From: Nageia nagi
Lineage: Eukaryota > Plantae > Pinophyta
Assembly (NCBI GenBank): GCA_050084985.1
Contig: JBITNC010000002.1
Coordinates: 8,060,001-8,124,000, forward strand
DNA: 64,000 bases
Direction: 5' to 3'
The translations under genes and the position numbers were made by a program. The notes under the pieces are model-generated. The model was not told where the DNA came from. It did not search any database and saw only the letters and a list, made by a program, of their open reading frames with translations. This document shows positions 36,151 to 48,931 of this stretch, in pieces. Position 1 is the first letter of the stretch. Each line of letters begins with the position of its first letter.

Positions 36151-38539
36151 GGCCCCTTTCTTAGCTTTCTCCTTTTGGCACCGCTCAATCACCTCCATTC
36201 ACTTGTTATACACTTGCGGATAATCATCATGAATTCCTTGCAGCGTATGGGTCTTCCCATCAATCTCGAAACTCATAGTGAGTTTCTAGTAGTTGGTGTG
36301 CATGTCACCCAAGTCAAACAACCATTGCACTCCCAAAATGATATGAGGATGCCCCTTCAAGGGATAAACATAGAAGTTCCCCTTACCGTGTAGCTCTGCA
36401 ACTTCACTCCAAATCTCTCCACTATGTGATCCATAAGCGTGAGTTTCCCATTGGCATTGGAAATTCGGAATCCCTCAAACTCTTTAGTCTTCAAGTTCTT
36501 CTTCTCCACAAAATCCTCATCTATGAAGTTGTGAGATGCCCCTGGATCAATCAAGACCATCACATCCTATCCACCAGCTTGCCCTACTACCTTCAAAGTG
36601 AGGTACTTCTTCAACCCATGTAGTGAAGCGATCATGCTTCCTAACGTGTCCTTCGCTCGGTGCCTCTTGATCTAAGGTGTCCATGCTAAGATCCAAATTC
36701 GAATCGTCTGAATCCTCCTCTGAAAAACACCTTTATGTAATGCGGAGCCTTGGCTCCCAACTCTTGTAGCAGTAGAAGCACTTGCCTTCCTCCCTTTGTT
36801 TCCTCTGTGTGGCTGCTTCCAACTGGTTCGTTCGAGGTGGGGGGAAAGGATTGGCCTTGCTAGGCCCCTCCTTATCTACGTAGGTCTTCCGCATGGCCGG
36901 TCCCTTGAACGTCTGTCCTCTCTTGAGGGATTTCATTGTTGGCTCAAGATCGTATGCGGCCCTTATAGCATCATCAAGGTTCCTAGGAGAGGATACCTTA
37001 ACCATTCCCTACAACGGCTTCATCAAGCCCTCTATGAAGAGGAATGTCAACCGCTCCTCAGGAATGTGGCGGATCATGACTGCGATCTTCTGGAACTCTG
37101 ACACATACTCATCCACTACTCCCTGCTGCCTCAATGATGTCAAATCTTGGAAGTAGTCATTCTCCCTCTTCCAATCAAACCTCTTAACTAGCCGCCTAGC
37201 AAACTCGTCAAAAGAGCTGATGAGTGAGTAATTATGGCTGATTACTCCATGCTGCCACCATTCGAGGGCATCACCCTCAAAGGATTGTGTTGGGATGGAA
37301 ACCTTTCCTACCAACCTAGGATTGCTTGCACATGATTGGCATGGGGAAAGCACCCAGCATTTAGGTGAGATATTGAAACCCCAAGTTTTGTTCGTGTCCC
37401 CTTTTAAGCTGCACAAGTTTATATATACGATGATCAGGGGAATGAACTCAACTGGTTTGGATAGAGGTAAAGGCTGTGAACTCACGTTTTTTTATAGGGA
37501 CAAGGTGTTTTTGCGATGATTGAAAGTTGCTTTAGTTTTATTAAAAAAACAAATACAAGAAAGATAAAATAAGCAAATAAAAAATAGGAAAAGGGTGAGA
37601 ATAATCCAATACTGGTTAAGTCACAAGGCGATTGTCACAACAAAGCATTGTCTAAAATGGAACATTTTCTAATCAATTACGAAGTTTTGGTTCATTCAAT
37701 CTAATTTAAGGGTTAATGACTATTGTCCAATCAGCTTTGAATCTAGAGCAAGAAGCAGGGCCGATTGTCGGTCCTCTGCGGATGGGACCGATGCAATCAA
37801 AGGAAACAACGTAGAACACATGCTTTGGAACCAAGTTTGAACAAAAAATTCAAATAAGATGTAGAAAAGAAACAAATTTAGAATACATTTTGTCTAAATG
37901 TGCAAGAGGCAAATGATGGCAAACTTGGAGCAATTCAAGATATTTTTAAAAGTTTGAACTATATTTTCTTAAAACTCGAGTTTTCAAGGAAAGAAGCGAA
38001 AATATTTGAATTGTGAAAGAAAGCCACAAATGAAACCCCTTCACCACTCCACGCATGACAATTCTATTGAGGAAATGTGTAACCACTTTGTATTAGATTT
38101 GCAAAAGAGTTACAGAAAAGTTTTCACAATTTTCTCCTTTTACAAAAACTTTGAACTTTTTCTCAAAATTTTCACTCTTTGAAAAAGTTCCAAACTTTCA
38201 TTCTACCTAAAAGTGACCCCATGGGGTCTATTTATAGAATTTCTAGGGTTTTAAGTGTTGCCCTAATTCTATAAAAAATATATTAAAATATTACATATTT
38301 GCCTCCTATGACTAAGTCAGTTGACTTTTGGTGCTCTACTCGTTAGGCTGATTGATCATGAGAGTAGGGTTAGTCGACTTTTGGTGCTCAACTTTTCTGA
38401 TTGATTGATTTCCAAAATTTTCGAAGATGACAAATATTATGGTGGTTGACTTGCAATTTGCACATGTGATGCCTTCCTTGAAGTTGGTGCCCATGAAAAT
38501 TTCCCTTGCCTCTGCTGATATGATGTATGAAGTTGACAA

Positions 38540-38780
38540 ACTCCTTTCGGAATCCTTGATCATTTTCCTACCCTCATTGTCCATGCAAACATGTTCTTTA
38601 TTTCCTTCACTATGAAGTCTATCATTTGGATGCCATCAGTATCATAGAGGGTTCTCTGGATTTCTCCTTTGTGTTGCAATATCTAGCTACCTCGAGGCAG
38701 AACTATGTGATTGGAGCGGTGTACAAGATCATGGAGTTCTTTGTTCCTCTTAGCAAATGCTCATTCTATGAAGCCTGTGG
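38540..38780 (-). pseudogene. Degenerate homologue of the accessory ORF at 13414-15256
   Basis: Minus strand reads SMILYTAPIT*FCLEVARYCNTKE (frameshift) RTLYDTDGIQMIDFIVKEIKNMFAW, versus TMMPFIVPFPELCYEVAKRCKYDKRILLDTKGNVIMDFSPDGIEAAFG. Confidence 0.7.
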
Positions 38781-39679
38781 AGCACAAAAAGTTGTTAGGA
38801 GAGATACTGGGTGTATCTGGAGCAATTTTGGAGCAAAAATGGGATACTCAATTTTCGGCCTATTTTTGGGTTTTTGAAAGGCTGTGGATTTTTCGGGATT
38901 TTTGAAGTTCTTCGGAATTGGGAAACAAGCACATGGGGTGTTGGCAAATAAATCTAGAAAGGCTTATAATCAAGTCTCAAAGAAAAATATCGAGTTTTTG
39001 GGGTCCGAATTAACTCGTTTTTTAGCCCATGTATTTGTTTTTTGATAGGTTTTGGCAGCTTCAAAGCTTAGAAAGATGGGGGTGCAAAATGGGTTTTCAA
39101 GCTTCGTTTGGGGGAAGTGAATGATGGAGGTTGCTCTCCTATACGAGGTCTTTCAGTTTGGTATTCACTTCGAAGTTTGGATCACTCAAAATATGGGAGT
39201 TTTTGAGCCTTGAAAAAGCATTTTTTGTGTTTTTTCATATTTTTTCAAAAAGCTTGAAAATGGCCAAAGGATAGGGGGGTCCAAAATTTCGAAAATTTTT
39301 AAAAAAGGGATTTGACCTAATGGGTGGATAGAGGATGGAATTCTAAGATCTTTGAAAATTTTTGACAAGGTTTTGGCTTATTTTGGATCTTGTGAGCAAA
39401 TTTGAAGTTTTTGAGCAATTTTGTGAGGATTTTGCTCAAAAATTGGTGCATGGAGACTCAAGAAGAGTGTTATGGAGCAAATGAGAGGCTTAAAGGGGTA
39501 TTTATAGGGTTTTTGTGCTTTTTGCATGCTCCTGAGTGGGTTTCTTGACCTAAAAAATGCTCTAGGGGTGCATTTTGCATGTTTCTTAAGTTTTTTGGCC
39601 TTGGAACACTCTATAGGCTTGAAAATCAGCACCTAACTTTTTGAGGCATTTCTTTTGGTCAAAATTGACAAATTCAAAG

Positions 39680-41120
39680 TTTAAATGTCCTTATTTTCTC
39701 CTTCTCCACCCAATCACGTGCTAAAATTTGAGTTTTGGTGGATTTTTGAGCTCTTCCTTTGGGTCTAGGCACCATTTTCACTTTTTTGAGTTTTCCAATG
39801 GCTTGCAAACCTACACCTGACTTTTTGGGCATTTGTAGTGCTCAAATTCGAAAATTTGTTGACCTAAACATGCTTAGAATGCCCTTTTCCATGCAACCAT
39901 GTGAAAAAATTGAAGTTTTTACAAAATTTTTGATTCCTCCTCATGCTAGGTGCTGTTTTTCATCTCATTGGAATTAAAAAATTTGGCAAACCTGCGCCTA
40001 GGATTTTGGACCACTTCCCTTGCTCAAAATTGAAAATTTGCAAGCTTAAATATGCTTAAAATGGTGTTTTTGATCCAATGGATCCTTCACACTTGAGTTT
40101 TGAGCAAAATTTGCAAAATATTTCCATCCCAAGCGTTAGATTTCACTCTATTGGATTTCCAATGGCATGAAAACTTGCGCCTAACCTTTAGGTGCCTTTC
40201 CATTGCTCAAAATTGGAATTTTATAGTTCTAAATGTGCTCAAAATGGGGTTTTCCACCTAATGGACACCTTGGAGTCAATTTTTATTGGTTTTTGCACTT
40301 ATCCCTCCAAGTTAGGTGCTAGAAATCAATTCTATGGATTTAGAAATATTAGCAAACCTGTGCCTAGGCTTTGGAGGGTCAAAACTTGCACAAAATCGAA
40401 TTTTTCATGACCTAAATGTGCTAGAAATCACATTTTACATCCAGTGAGCCCTTCAAACTTGTGTTTTGACCAACTTTTATCAATTTTTTATTTATTTCAG
40501 GTGCCATTTTTAATCCCATTGGATTTCCATAGCTCTCAAAACCTGGGTTTAGCCTCTAGGGTGCCCAAATGTGCTCAAAATCAAAAAATTTGAGACCTAA
40601 ATGTGCTTACAATCATGTTTTCCTTGGTCCCAAGCACTTAAACCTGATTTTTGGTCAAAAAACTCTCCATCTTGTCATTCTAGGCACCATTTTTCATCCC
40701 ATTGGAATTGGAAAATTCTAGAAACTTGTGCCTAGCATTTTGGGGGTCTTTACTTGCCCAAAATAAAAAATTTCTAGACCTAATGTGGCTTAGAACCCTC
40801 TTTTCCACTCATTCATGCATTTGGATTTCATTTTTGATGCATTTCCACTTTTTCTTTACTATCTAGGTGCCAAAATGCATCTCTATGGATTTCCCATAAG
40901 CTTGAAAAACTGTGCCTACCTTAGAGTGCCTTAGACTTGGTCAAAATAAAAAATTTCGAGTCTTAACTATGATAGAATTCACCTTACCTCTCTGAATACA
41001 CTCTTGAACTCGAATTCCGATACCATTTGTATTTATCTCTAAGAAACTTGCACCATTTTTGCCTTACTCGGATCTTTAGCACCTTGGGAAAATGTGCCTA
41101 GGGATAAGACTACTCAAACT
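39680..41120. repeat. ~183-bp tandem array (~8 degenerate units) inside the solo LTR
   Basis: Anchor TAGG(C/T)(A/G)C(C/T)A-like motif at 39766, 39947, 40130, 40313, 40498, 40681, 40864, 41048 (spacings 181-185). Confidence 0.85.
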
Positions 41121-44100
41121 TATATTTTCGATTATTTTTGAGCTCAAACGGTGCAGGAACGACCATTTCCGCCTTTTTGGGCTCAAAGTTGTCATTCTAT
41201 CATTTCCGACACTTTTGGGTTCAAAGTATCCAATCTTGCCCATTTTCGGGCCCTTAGCATGAAAAAATGACCTTTTTTGGAATTTTTGACATTTTCGAGT
41301 ATTTCTGGCCATTCTGGGCTTAACTCGTCACTTTTGGTCATTTTCGAGCTTTCCGAACTCAAATCGTGCAAAAATGCACTTTCTTACCTTATTGACCATT
41401 TTTGGGCTCAAAAGTGACCAAAACACATTTTTCTACCTTACTTGCCCTTGTCTTGCTTTTCGGGGTGAACTTTGACAAAAACGACCTTTTTTGTCATCCT
41501 TGTCATTTTCAAGACACCCGGACTCAAACTTGATGAAAAACATCCATTTTTGTCACCTTGGATACCTTAGCACCCAAAATTCTTCAAAAACACGCCTTTC
41601 TATTGCACTAGGTACCTGTGAACTCAATCTTTGCAAAAACGTGCCCTTTTGTCAACTCTGTTACTCTTGCGCTCAAATGTTGCAAAACGTGCCCTTTTTT
41701 GCTTTGTTGGCCGCTTGGCATAAACTCCCTTCCTGGTCGCTGTTGTGATCCAAAATTGTGTCTTGCTTGATGTTGCTTGAAATCGGGTCATGAATGGCCA
41801 CTGGACGTGCTGAATTGCCTTGGTGCCTATTAAGGTACTTGTGAGCACTGTTTCATCACTTGGCCCTTCTGATTTTGCATTTTGGTCGTCGTCTAGTCAT
41901 CTTCAGGCAATGTCGTCCATTGCTTTCAAAAAAAAGTAGGGTCCTCAAAATGCTGCATCTTGGGTGTGTTGTGTGGGCACAACAGATTGTATCTTCCTCC
42001 ACCATCTTTGGGCTCAAGGTGAAGTAGGTTTGTAGCTGATGCAACCATGCCCTAGCCATCATCTGCTTTCCATCATACATCTGCACCTGCATTTTATTTA
42101 TTTTTTGTTGCAGATCTCTCTTATCTCCCGACAAGTTGCTTGGGGTATGCGGATTGTGCATGCTACTCCCTTTCAATCCTAGGATCTCCAGGTAGCCGTT
42201 GAAGTTAACATCTCTCCTCAACCTTGGATCCAGCATGGAATATTTCCTAAAAATCTAATTCAACTCTAATGGATCGGGAACCCTGTTCTTCGTCTCCTCC
42301 CCTGATTTCTTGGCGAACATGGGCTTGGACGGCTTGGGGATGATGGGTTGCTCCACCATCTTACCAACGTCCTCCTCCAAGTACCTCCCTAGGAGAGGGT
42401 TAGTATCTTGTGGTGCTCGGTGTGAATGGGATCTTAGAAATGTGGGTTCTGGATGACCCATAGATCCATGGTGAGTAGATTCTTGATCTCTCAAGCTATG
42501 GGACTTGCTCATGCTCGGCTTCCTATCTACCCTATCCTCATGCGGCTTCTCTCTGACATTTGGAATAGGATGCAAGGAGTTGACTTGCCTCTCTGGCTCC
42601 TTACGAACTCCCACATGCCTGTTTAGTTGCTGTTGCATGGTGGTGATGGCTCTCGCCATGTTATGGATGGCTGAAATGAGCTCATTGAACTTCCGTTCGG
42701 GTGTGGAATCCCGAACCAGAGTAGAACCTCTTCTCCTAGCTGATGTAGATCTTCCTCTTGGCGCATCATCCTCCTCTTCGGATGCATCCTCATTTGGCGC
42801 CTCATTCATCCACGGTTGGTGATCCTCCTCATGGACGACCTTAGAAGGTGTTTCGAGATGCCATCTCTCTCTGAGTGTTGGATCTAGTGTAATAGCGATG
42901 TACTGTCAGTTTCATACATAGGTTGGCCAAATCCAAGCTCTGATACCACTGTAAAGACCCAAATACAATATCAAGTGCAAAATGCTCAAAACACACAAAT
43001 AAACCCTAATGTTTGGTCTAGGGCATCAAGCACAAGTGATTACAGTGGGACAATGCTAACGCCTGGCTCATACATGCATGGAAGAGTAAACACACCACAA
43101 CATTGCATACATAGACAATTACAACACAAACATGAGATCCAATGCCCGATGGCTATATATAGAATAAATAATGTTCAATAATACAATACCAGGCCCTAGA
43201 GGGCTCACGTTGGCCTCAAAGGAGCCAACTCGGACATAACATGTATCCCCAAACTGGACGGATGGATGGGACAACCTCGCTCCCTCAAAACCTGAATCCT
43301 CTCCATCGAAGGAGCCCTCCTTTGATCCTGGCGACCAACTGAATGGTAGAAGCTCAACCTCAGAATACCATCGGATGGGAAAGGGTGCTACACCAGTGTT
43401 GTAGTCTAACAGGATCCCTTAGCCTGATAGTCCTCCTAGATGCTGCACCTAGGGTATTGCTTAGCGCCGTTAAGTATTCTTGTCCTTTGGATGATATGAA
43501 TGTAATAATAATCAAGCATGCTCAGCTATGAGGCTCCAATGCCTCTTTATACACTCAACTGAATCTAGATCTCGCCTAGGAGTCATCACCCTGCTCCTTC
43601 ATTCCAATGTTAGCCTCCTGGGGGCCCAGAATGCCCAACGTGGTGCCTGGGGTCAAGTATGCCCAACGTGGGTGCCCAAGTGCCATAAATGCTAACATGG
43701 GGGTCTAGGAGTGCCACGCATGCCCAACATGGGTCTAGGAGCCATGCGTGGGGGCTAGGTGTCATCATGGGCCAACGTGGGGGTCTAGGAGTCTCTCCAA
43801 GGCTGGTGCATGTATACAAGTGTTCATCCATCCATCTAAGTGCTAATCAGACCTTGAATGTGTTTGTTACACCTCTTAGTTCGATTGACCACAATTTAAA
43901 ATAAGATGAGTAATAACCCGGTAAGTTCATATCTTTGATTACCATCTATACCAATACTTTGCATGGTCCATAATGTGAAAGCAAATTGACATGTCTACAA
44001 GAGTAAAATCAGCATCTATTATTAATTCATAGTATTACCAATGTAGAAATGCAAACCAGAACACAAAAACCCATGTGGCATCCTCCAATGAACCGTTCCA

Positions 44101-45089
44101 GCAATATTGCAGAACATAGGTGTTGATTGTGTTTTGGCTTATGTGCCAAATCACCCTCACGATGTCGTCTTTGAGAGCTTACAAGCATGGGCATTTCTGC
44201 CCAATTGTTTGTTTCCAACCAAAGCTTGAAAATATTACATTAGAAATTAAATCTATATCGGAAATCCTAGTATAAAAAAAAAAAAAAATACTTCACACGT
44301 TATTCTCTAACAACCGATAGATGTAGTGAGCCTTTCTCTCTTGTTTGGTTTTCAGGTATGGAATTCTTTCTCAAACAGTTTTTCTACTTATTTTTGATTA
44401 AAAAATAAAACCACCAAAATCCTCTAACATGTTTTGGCATCAATCAAATCTATCTTTCTAAGCATTATCATCTTCAGATTCAATGGCACTAATAGTTTTT
44501 AGTTAACATGTTTTGGCAAATAGCATACTTAAAAGTTTTACACCTGAAAAATAATTAACTGAATAACATCTACAACCAGAACATGATTAAAACTCCCAAA
44601 TGAAAGGCATCTTAAATTTTAACTAATGCTATCAACACGTTTGTGTGCATAATATATTTTCCAATTATGTTGCCAAAAAAATTTGGTTATGCCTGTTCAA
44701 ACAAGAATGGAAACCTGCTTGTAACAAATTGAGGAACAACTCTTCGAAATCATTATCCTTGTTCTTAAGCTGGTCTCCATGGTGGATATTATAAGCGGTT
44801 TTCAAGTCACAGAGAAAAATTTCATGTAAAAAGTATCCTCTTAATAAATAGAAGGGCATCAATTGGAAACTAAAATGAACATAGGGAAACAACAAATTTT
44901 CTGGCAAAAATACCTTCGTCAATAAAGCTTGATTATTAAATATTGATTTTTTAGTATTTAATGGTACAAACCCCCAAAGTTAATTAATTAAAGTTGAACA
45001 ATTCTTTGAACTTCATCGAAGTCAATATAAGCAACGAGTTTATTTGGCAACATTTTATGTCAATTATGAGGCTGTAATCATTGATACCC

Positions 45090-47831
45090 TTGGTTGCAAA
45101 AGATTACTCAAGTTGGACTCAATTCGTAGATGAAATCTGACCTAGTTTGAGCTACATGAATTCAAAGACTTTATTGGTGCTTTGACCAAGTTATGGCAAA
45201 CATATACCAAGGACTGCATGACAACATTTGAGAATTTCGTCTACCACACAATTGAGCTACCAAATAACATTTTTCAAGAGCTGCTTCATCAACATTTACA
45301 TGAAAATATCAAGGTTGAGGTACAACTTTTCAATTCTTATAGTTGGATGAAAGCTCTAGGCTTGGCGAAGCTCGTTGAAAGAAAGTGCAACATCCAACAT
45401 AGAATCACATGTCCGTTACCTTTTCACAACAAACTAGGATAACCTTTTTCGACTGCACCTAACCCACCAACAATGAGGTGATTGTCACTTGATGAAATGG
45501 TAGTAAGGAGATCCAAGGATTTTGTTACATTTGTGACAAAAAATGGTTTTCAAGTTATTAATGTAAGGGATAGAGAATATATCTACTAGATGTGGAAGAC
45601 TACCTATCGTGTAATATGACCAATGAGGAGAGTGCAACATAGTAGAAAAAAAGTAAGAAACAACTAAATAGCCAACAAAAGAATCAATGCCTTCATGGAA
45701 ATCATGCCTCCGCAAAAGATGAAGGTTGTGAAGTACATCAAGGGACACAAGGTGCTTGTGCTCTTAAATTCAAGGAGCACCCATAACTTCATTGAATTTG
45801 GATTGATGAAGAAGGTTGATTGCTTTTCTATATTAGTAATAATTTCTAAGTCATAGTAGAAGATGCCATTATATTCTTATATGGGGTTAAATACTAAAAT
45901 GTCCAACTCAACATGGGGGCCTATTAGTTACACTGCAACTTTTATGCTCTTTAGTTGGGGGGTGACTTGATCCTAAGGTGCTAATGGTTAAGAACCCTTG
46001 ACCTAATATTGTAAGATTGTTCTAAACTATGGATGCAATTTAAAGCTAAAGTAAAATCTCACTCTCAAGGGTATACAAGTAGACTCCTACAAATTGTTTG
46101 TTCACATTGCATGCATAAACTTATCAACAAGGGTCATCACAAAGTGTTGGGCACAATTTTGTTAAATGGAGTTGGCCTCAACCTTACTGGTGGAAATTCA
46201 GTTACCATTGTCACAAAGTATGATATAGTATTTGCAGAACCAATTGAGTTGTGCTTGATTAGGTAATAGGATCACCGTATTCGCATCATTTTATGAAGCT
46301 CCTATCAAACATTAGACCTTATAGTTACTTGACTAAATAGTTGAGATTAAGAATATGGTTAAAGAACTATTGAATGTTGAGTTTATCCAACCCAATGTCA
46401 ACCCCTTCTTATTTGCAATCAAGTTAGTTACAAATAAGGATACATCATGGAAGATGTGTGTGGACTTCTAAGAGTTGAATCAATTGACCATCAAGGATGA
46501 AATCCCCATTCTAATCATTGCTAATAGGTTGGACGAACTATGTAGGGCACAATTCTTCATTAAATTGAACATATGCTTAAGCTTCCCTCAAATCTATATG
46601 AGCAAGGAGGATATTTTGAAAACAACCTTTTAAACACATGAAGGTTATTATGAGTTTTGTGTGATGTCATTCCACTTTACCAAGGGGAAGGCTATCCTTT
46701 AGCCAAATTCATTACAAACTCTGGGGGTATATCATCTTTGGTTTGCGTACAAAATCGGCTGGAAATTGATGGAATAGTCTTGGATTGGTAATGGGTGCTT
46801 GAATCTGGTTGACTTTGGTCTTGATTTGTCCAGCTTGATCAATTTTGGCTGATTTGAGGTATATACCCCCAAGATTTACAAGATATACTCCCAAAGTATG
46901 TGGTTGAATTTGGCTAGAGGATAGCCACATCTCTTTACCAATGCCCTCTCCACCTTCCAAAACTTAATGAATAATGTATTAAAACCTATCGTAGACAATA
47001 TGTTGGTATTCTTTGACAATATATTGATTTATTGTAAAACTTGGAGGGACCATCTTTAGCTTCTTGATACAACATTACAATTACTTAAGTCCTATGTGAA
47101 GTCCAAATGCATCTTTAGGGTGCAAACAATTGAGTATTTGGGTCATAAGTGTCTTCGAGCCAGATCCAAAAAGATAAGAGGCAATGAAAGGTTGGAAAAC
47201 AATCCCACACCTTGAAAAGCCTATGGGGTTTTTTGGGTTTCATGGGTTACTACTACAAGTTTGTCAAGGACTATGGTAAAATAGCCATCCTCCTCATTTT
47301 CATGTTAAAATATAACTCATTCACACAAACATAAATGATTGAATGTACATTTGGTCAATTAAGCTCATTATGTGCATGAGAATATATGGGAATCTCTTTA
47401 GGACTTCCATTGATAGTTTCTAGAATTCAAGCTTTGAGGACAAATTTCTAAGTGAATGGCATGTTACATGCTTACGACATATTCATAAGGCAATATATGA
47501 GTGAACACATGTCACTCATTATTTTAATGTAGGGGATACATGCCATATTTTACTGCAAGGGAATATAGGTGTAGAAGAATAATGGATGTAAGAGAATATT
47601 GTTTAAGGGAATATATGACACATGGAAGGAAGTACATGTGTAAGAGAATATGCTACTTAGATATTTCTCTTATATAATGTCAAGAATGCAAGCCATGAGT
47701 TAGCATATAATTTGTATTTACTCATATTAGGAGGTTTCCTCCTTGAAGAGGTTTGTAAAATACAAAAGAAGTGTTACTTCCTCTTATTATCAATTTACGT
47801 TTATTACTAAATTCAATTTCACTTTTCTACA
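45090..47831 (+). mobile_element. Degenerate chromovirus-like Gypsy element (gag, protease, RT; integrase deleted; 3' LTR 47462-47831)
   Basis: Broken motifs: VLLNSRSTHNFI (protease); SWKMCVDF..LNQLTIKD, THEGYYEFCVMSF, VFFDNILIYCKTW, LWGFLGFMGYYYKFVKDYGKIA (RT). The sequence then jumps to a chromodomain-end-like segment (..CTTTGAGGACAAA) and a TGTTACA...CTACA LTR. Confidence 0.8.
46684..46932. mobile_element. Mutator-like MITE (249 bp) inserted in the Gypsy RT
   Basis: Perfect 9-bp TSD CTTTACCAA (46675-46683 and 46933-46941). ~55-bp imperfect TIRs (GGCTATCCTTTAGCCAAATTCA / TGAATTTGGCTAGAGGATAGCC). Removing it restores RT VMSFHFTNALSTFQNLMN. Confidence 0.88.
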
Positions 47832-48218
47832 ATATTTTCTTTACACTAATTATTTTTAGCTTTTGTGCTAAAATCCTTCTCATAGTTGAGTTCGTAGTGT
47901 CTATGCAGCTTTGAATCAAATCCTTTCAAGTCGACTAAAATGAAAAGGCCCAAGCTCCAAAATCTTGGAGGATGTGAGAAATAATTTAATGGTTTTAAAG
48001 TATCACCATGTTATGTGAATGTAAAATTGGATTTATCAAGTATATATAAAGAAAAGAAAGGTGCTTTTTATCATCTTGAAATTTTAAATTTAACATTGCA
48101 CATGCTTTGATGCTCTAATATCTTCTAATGTCTTAACGTTAATTTCTAGAAGATCAATCATATTCTTCTATAGTATCTACTTGAATCAATTTGGTTGTAT
48201 ATGCTTTAATGTTCTAAT

Positions 48219-48930
48219 CATAGTTGAGAAAGGCAGACTCAACAAGGGCCACTTGGGCCTCGGACTCAAGATGTGGTAAAAAAACTTGGCAAAAAAAAGA
48301 AAAAAAGACAAAAAAGCAATTTTTCATTAAGAAAAAGAAAAGATTTTTCATGCATATCATTATCTTGTAATAGTACTTAAAATTCGACATTATACACAAA
48401 ATATTAACAATGTACTCGTAAGAATATTGTAAAGAGGAAGGGGCATATTCTTGCATTGCTTATAGCATAAAAAATGTACAAATTATTAGAATATGCTCTA
48501 ATATTTCTTTATGATGAGGATGCTTGAGCCTCTTCTTGTACCCATGCCTCTTCTTGTGCCTTCATCGCTAATTCCTTTGCTATATGTTCAAATTCATCTA
48601 TGGGGAAGAAAGGCTCTTGTTGTTATCGCTCCTCCTACACATGCTTTGTGATCCATTCAAATGGTGGATCAATATGATCTAGATCATTGGCCTCATGATC
48701 CAATCCTGCAATTTGTTTATGGTGTATGTGAATGTTGTAATGAACAAACATGATCATTCAATTTCTTGTGTGAGTTTATTTCTTTTTTTGGAGTGTATGT
48801 GCTCAAAAGCACTCCACTTGCACTCATAACCTAAAGTGTTGCATGATGTCAAAGCGTTGTAGGTTGGGTGTATATGCAAAAATGTTGGAATGTATAATGC
48901 ATTATTGTAAAGGTTTTGTAATAATCTTCT
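48219..48930 (-). mobile_element. hAT transposon 3' part (dimerisation domain remnant and terminus)
   Basis: LTSCNTLGYECKWSAFEHIHSKKRNKLTQ resembles the hAT CERNWSxFExIHxKKRNRL motif. Terminus CATAGTTG at 48219 matches the MITE TIR start at 22339. Confidence 0.75.
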
Positions 48931-48931
48931 A

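Larger units (their letters stand above)
37288..41984 (-). mobile_element. Giant (4697-bp) solo LTR inserted in the gag of copy B
   Basis: TGTTGGG...GCACAACA termini with a perfect 5-bp TSD GATTG (37283-37287 and 41985-41989). Host gag resumes on both sides. Two minus-strand TATAAAT motifs at ~38230 and ~39500. Confidence 0.92.
33976..43856 (-). mobile_element. Non-autonomous Gypsy element (Gag-protease plus 30-bp array, no RT/INT), copy B, containing a nested solo LTR
   Basis: 3' LTR 33976-35172; PPT CGAGAGGGAAGGCTT at 35173-35187; protease VLIDPGASHNFID (36357..36563); GKCFYC knuckle; gag at 36733-37280 and 41990-42870; PBS TGGTATCAGAGCT at 42936-42948 (tRNA-iMet); 5' LTR 42950-43856, outer ~220 bp missing. 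Confidence 0.92.
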
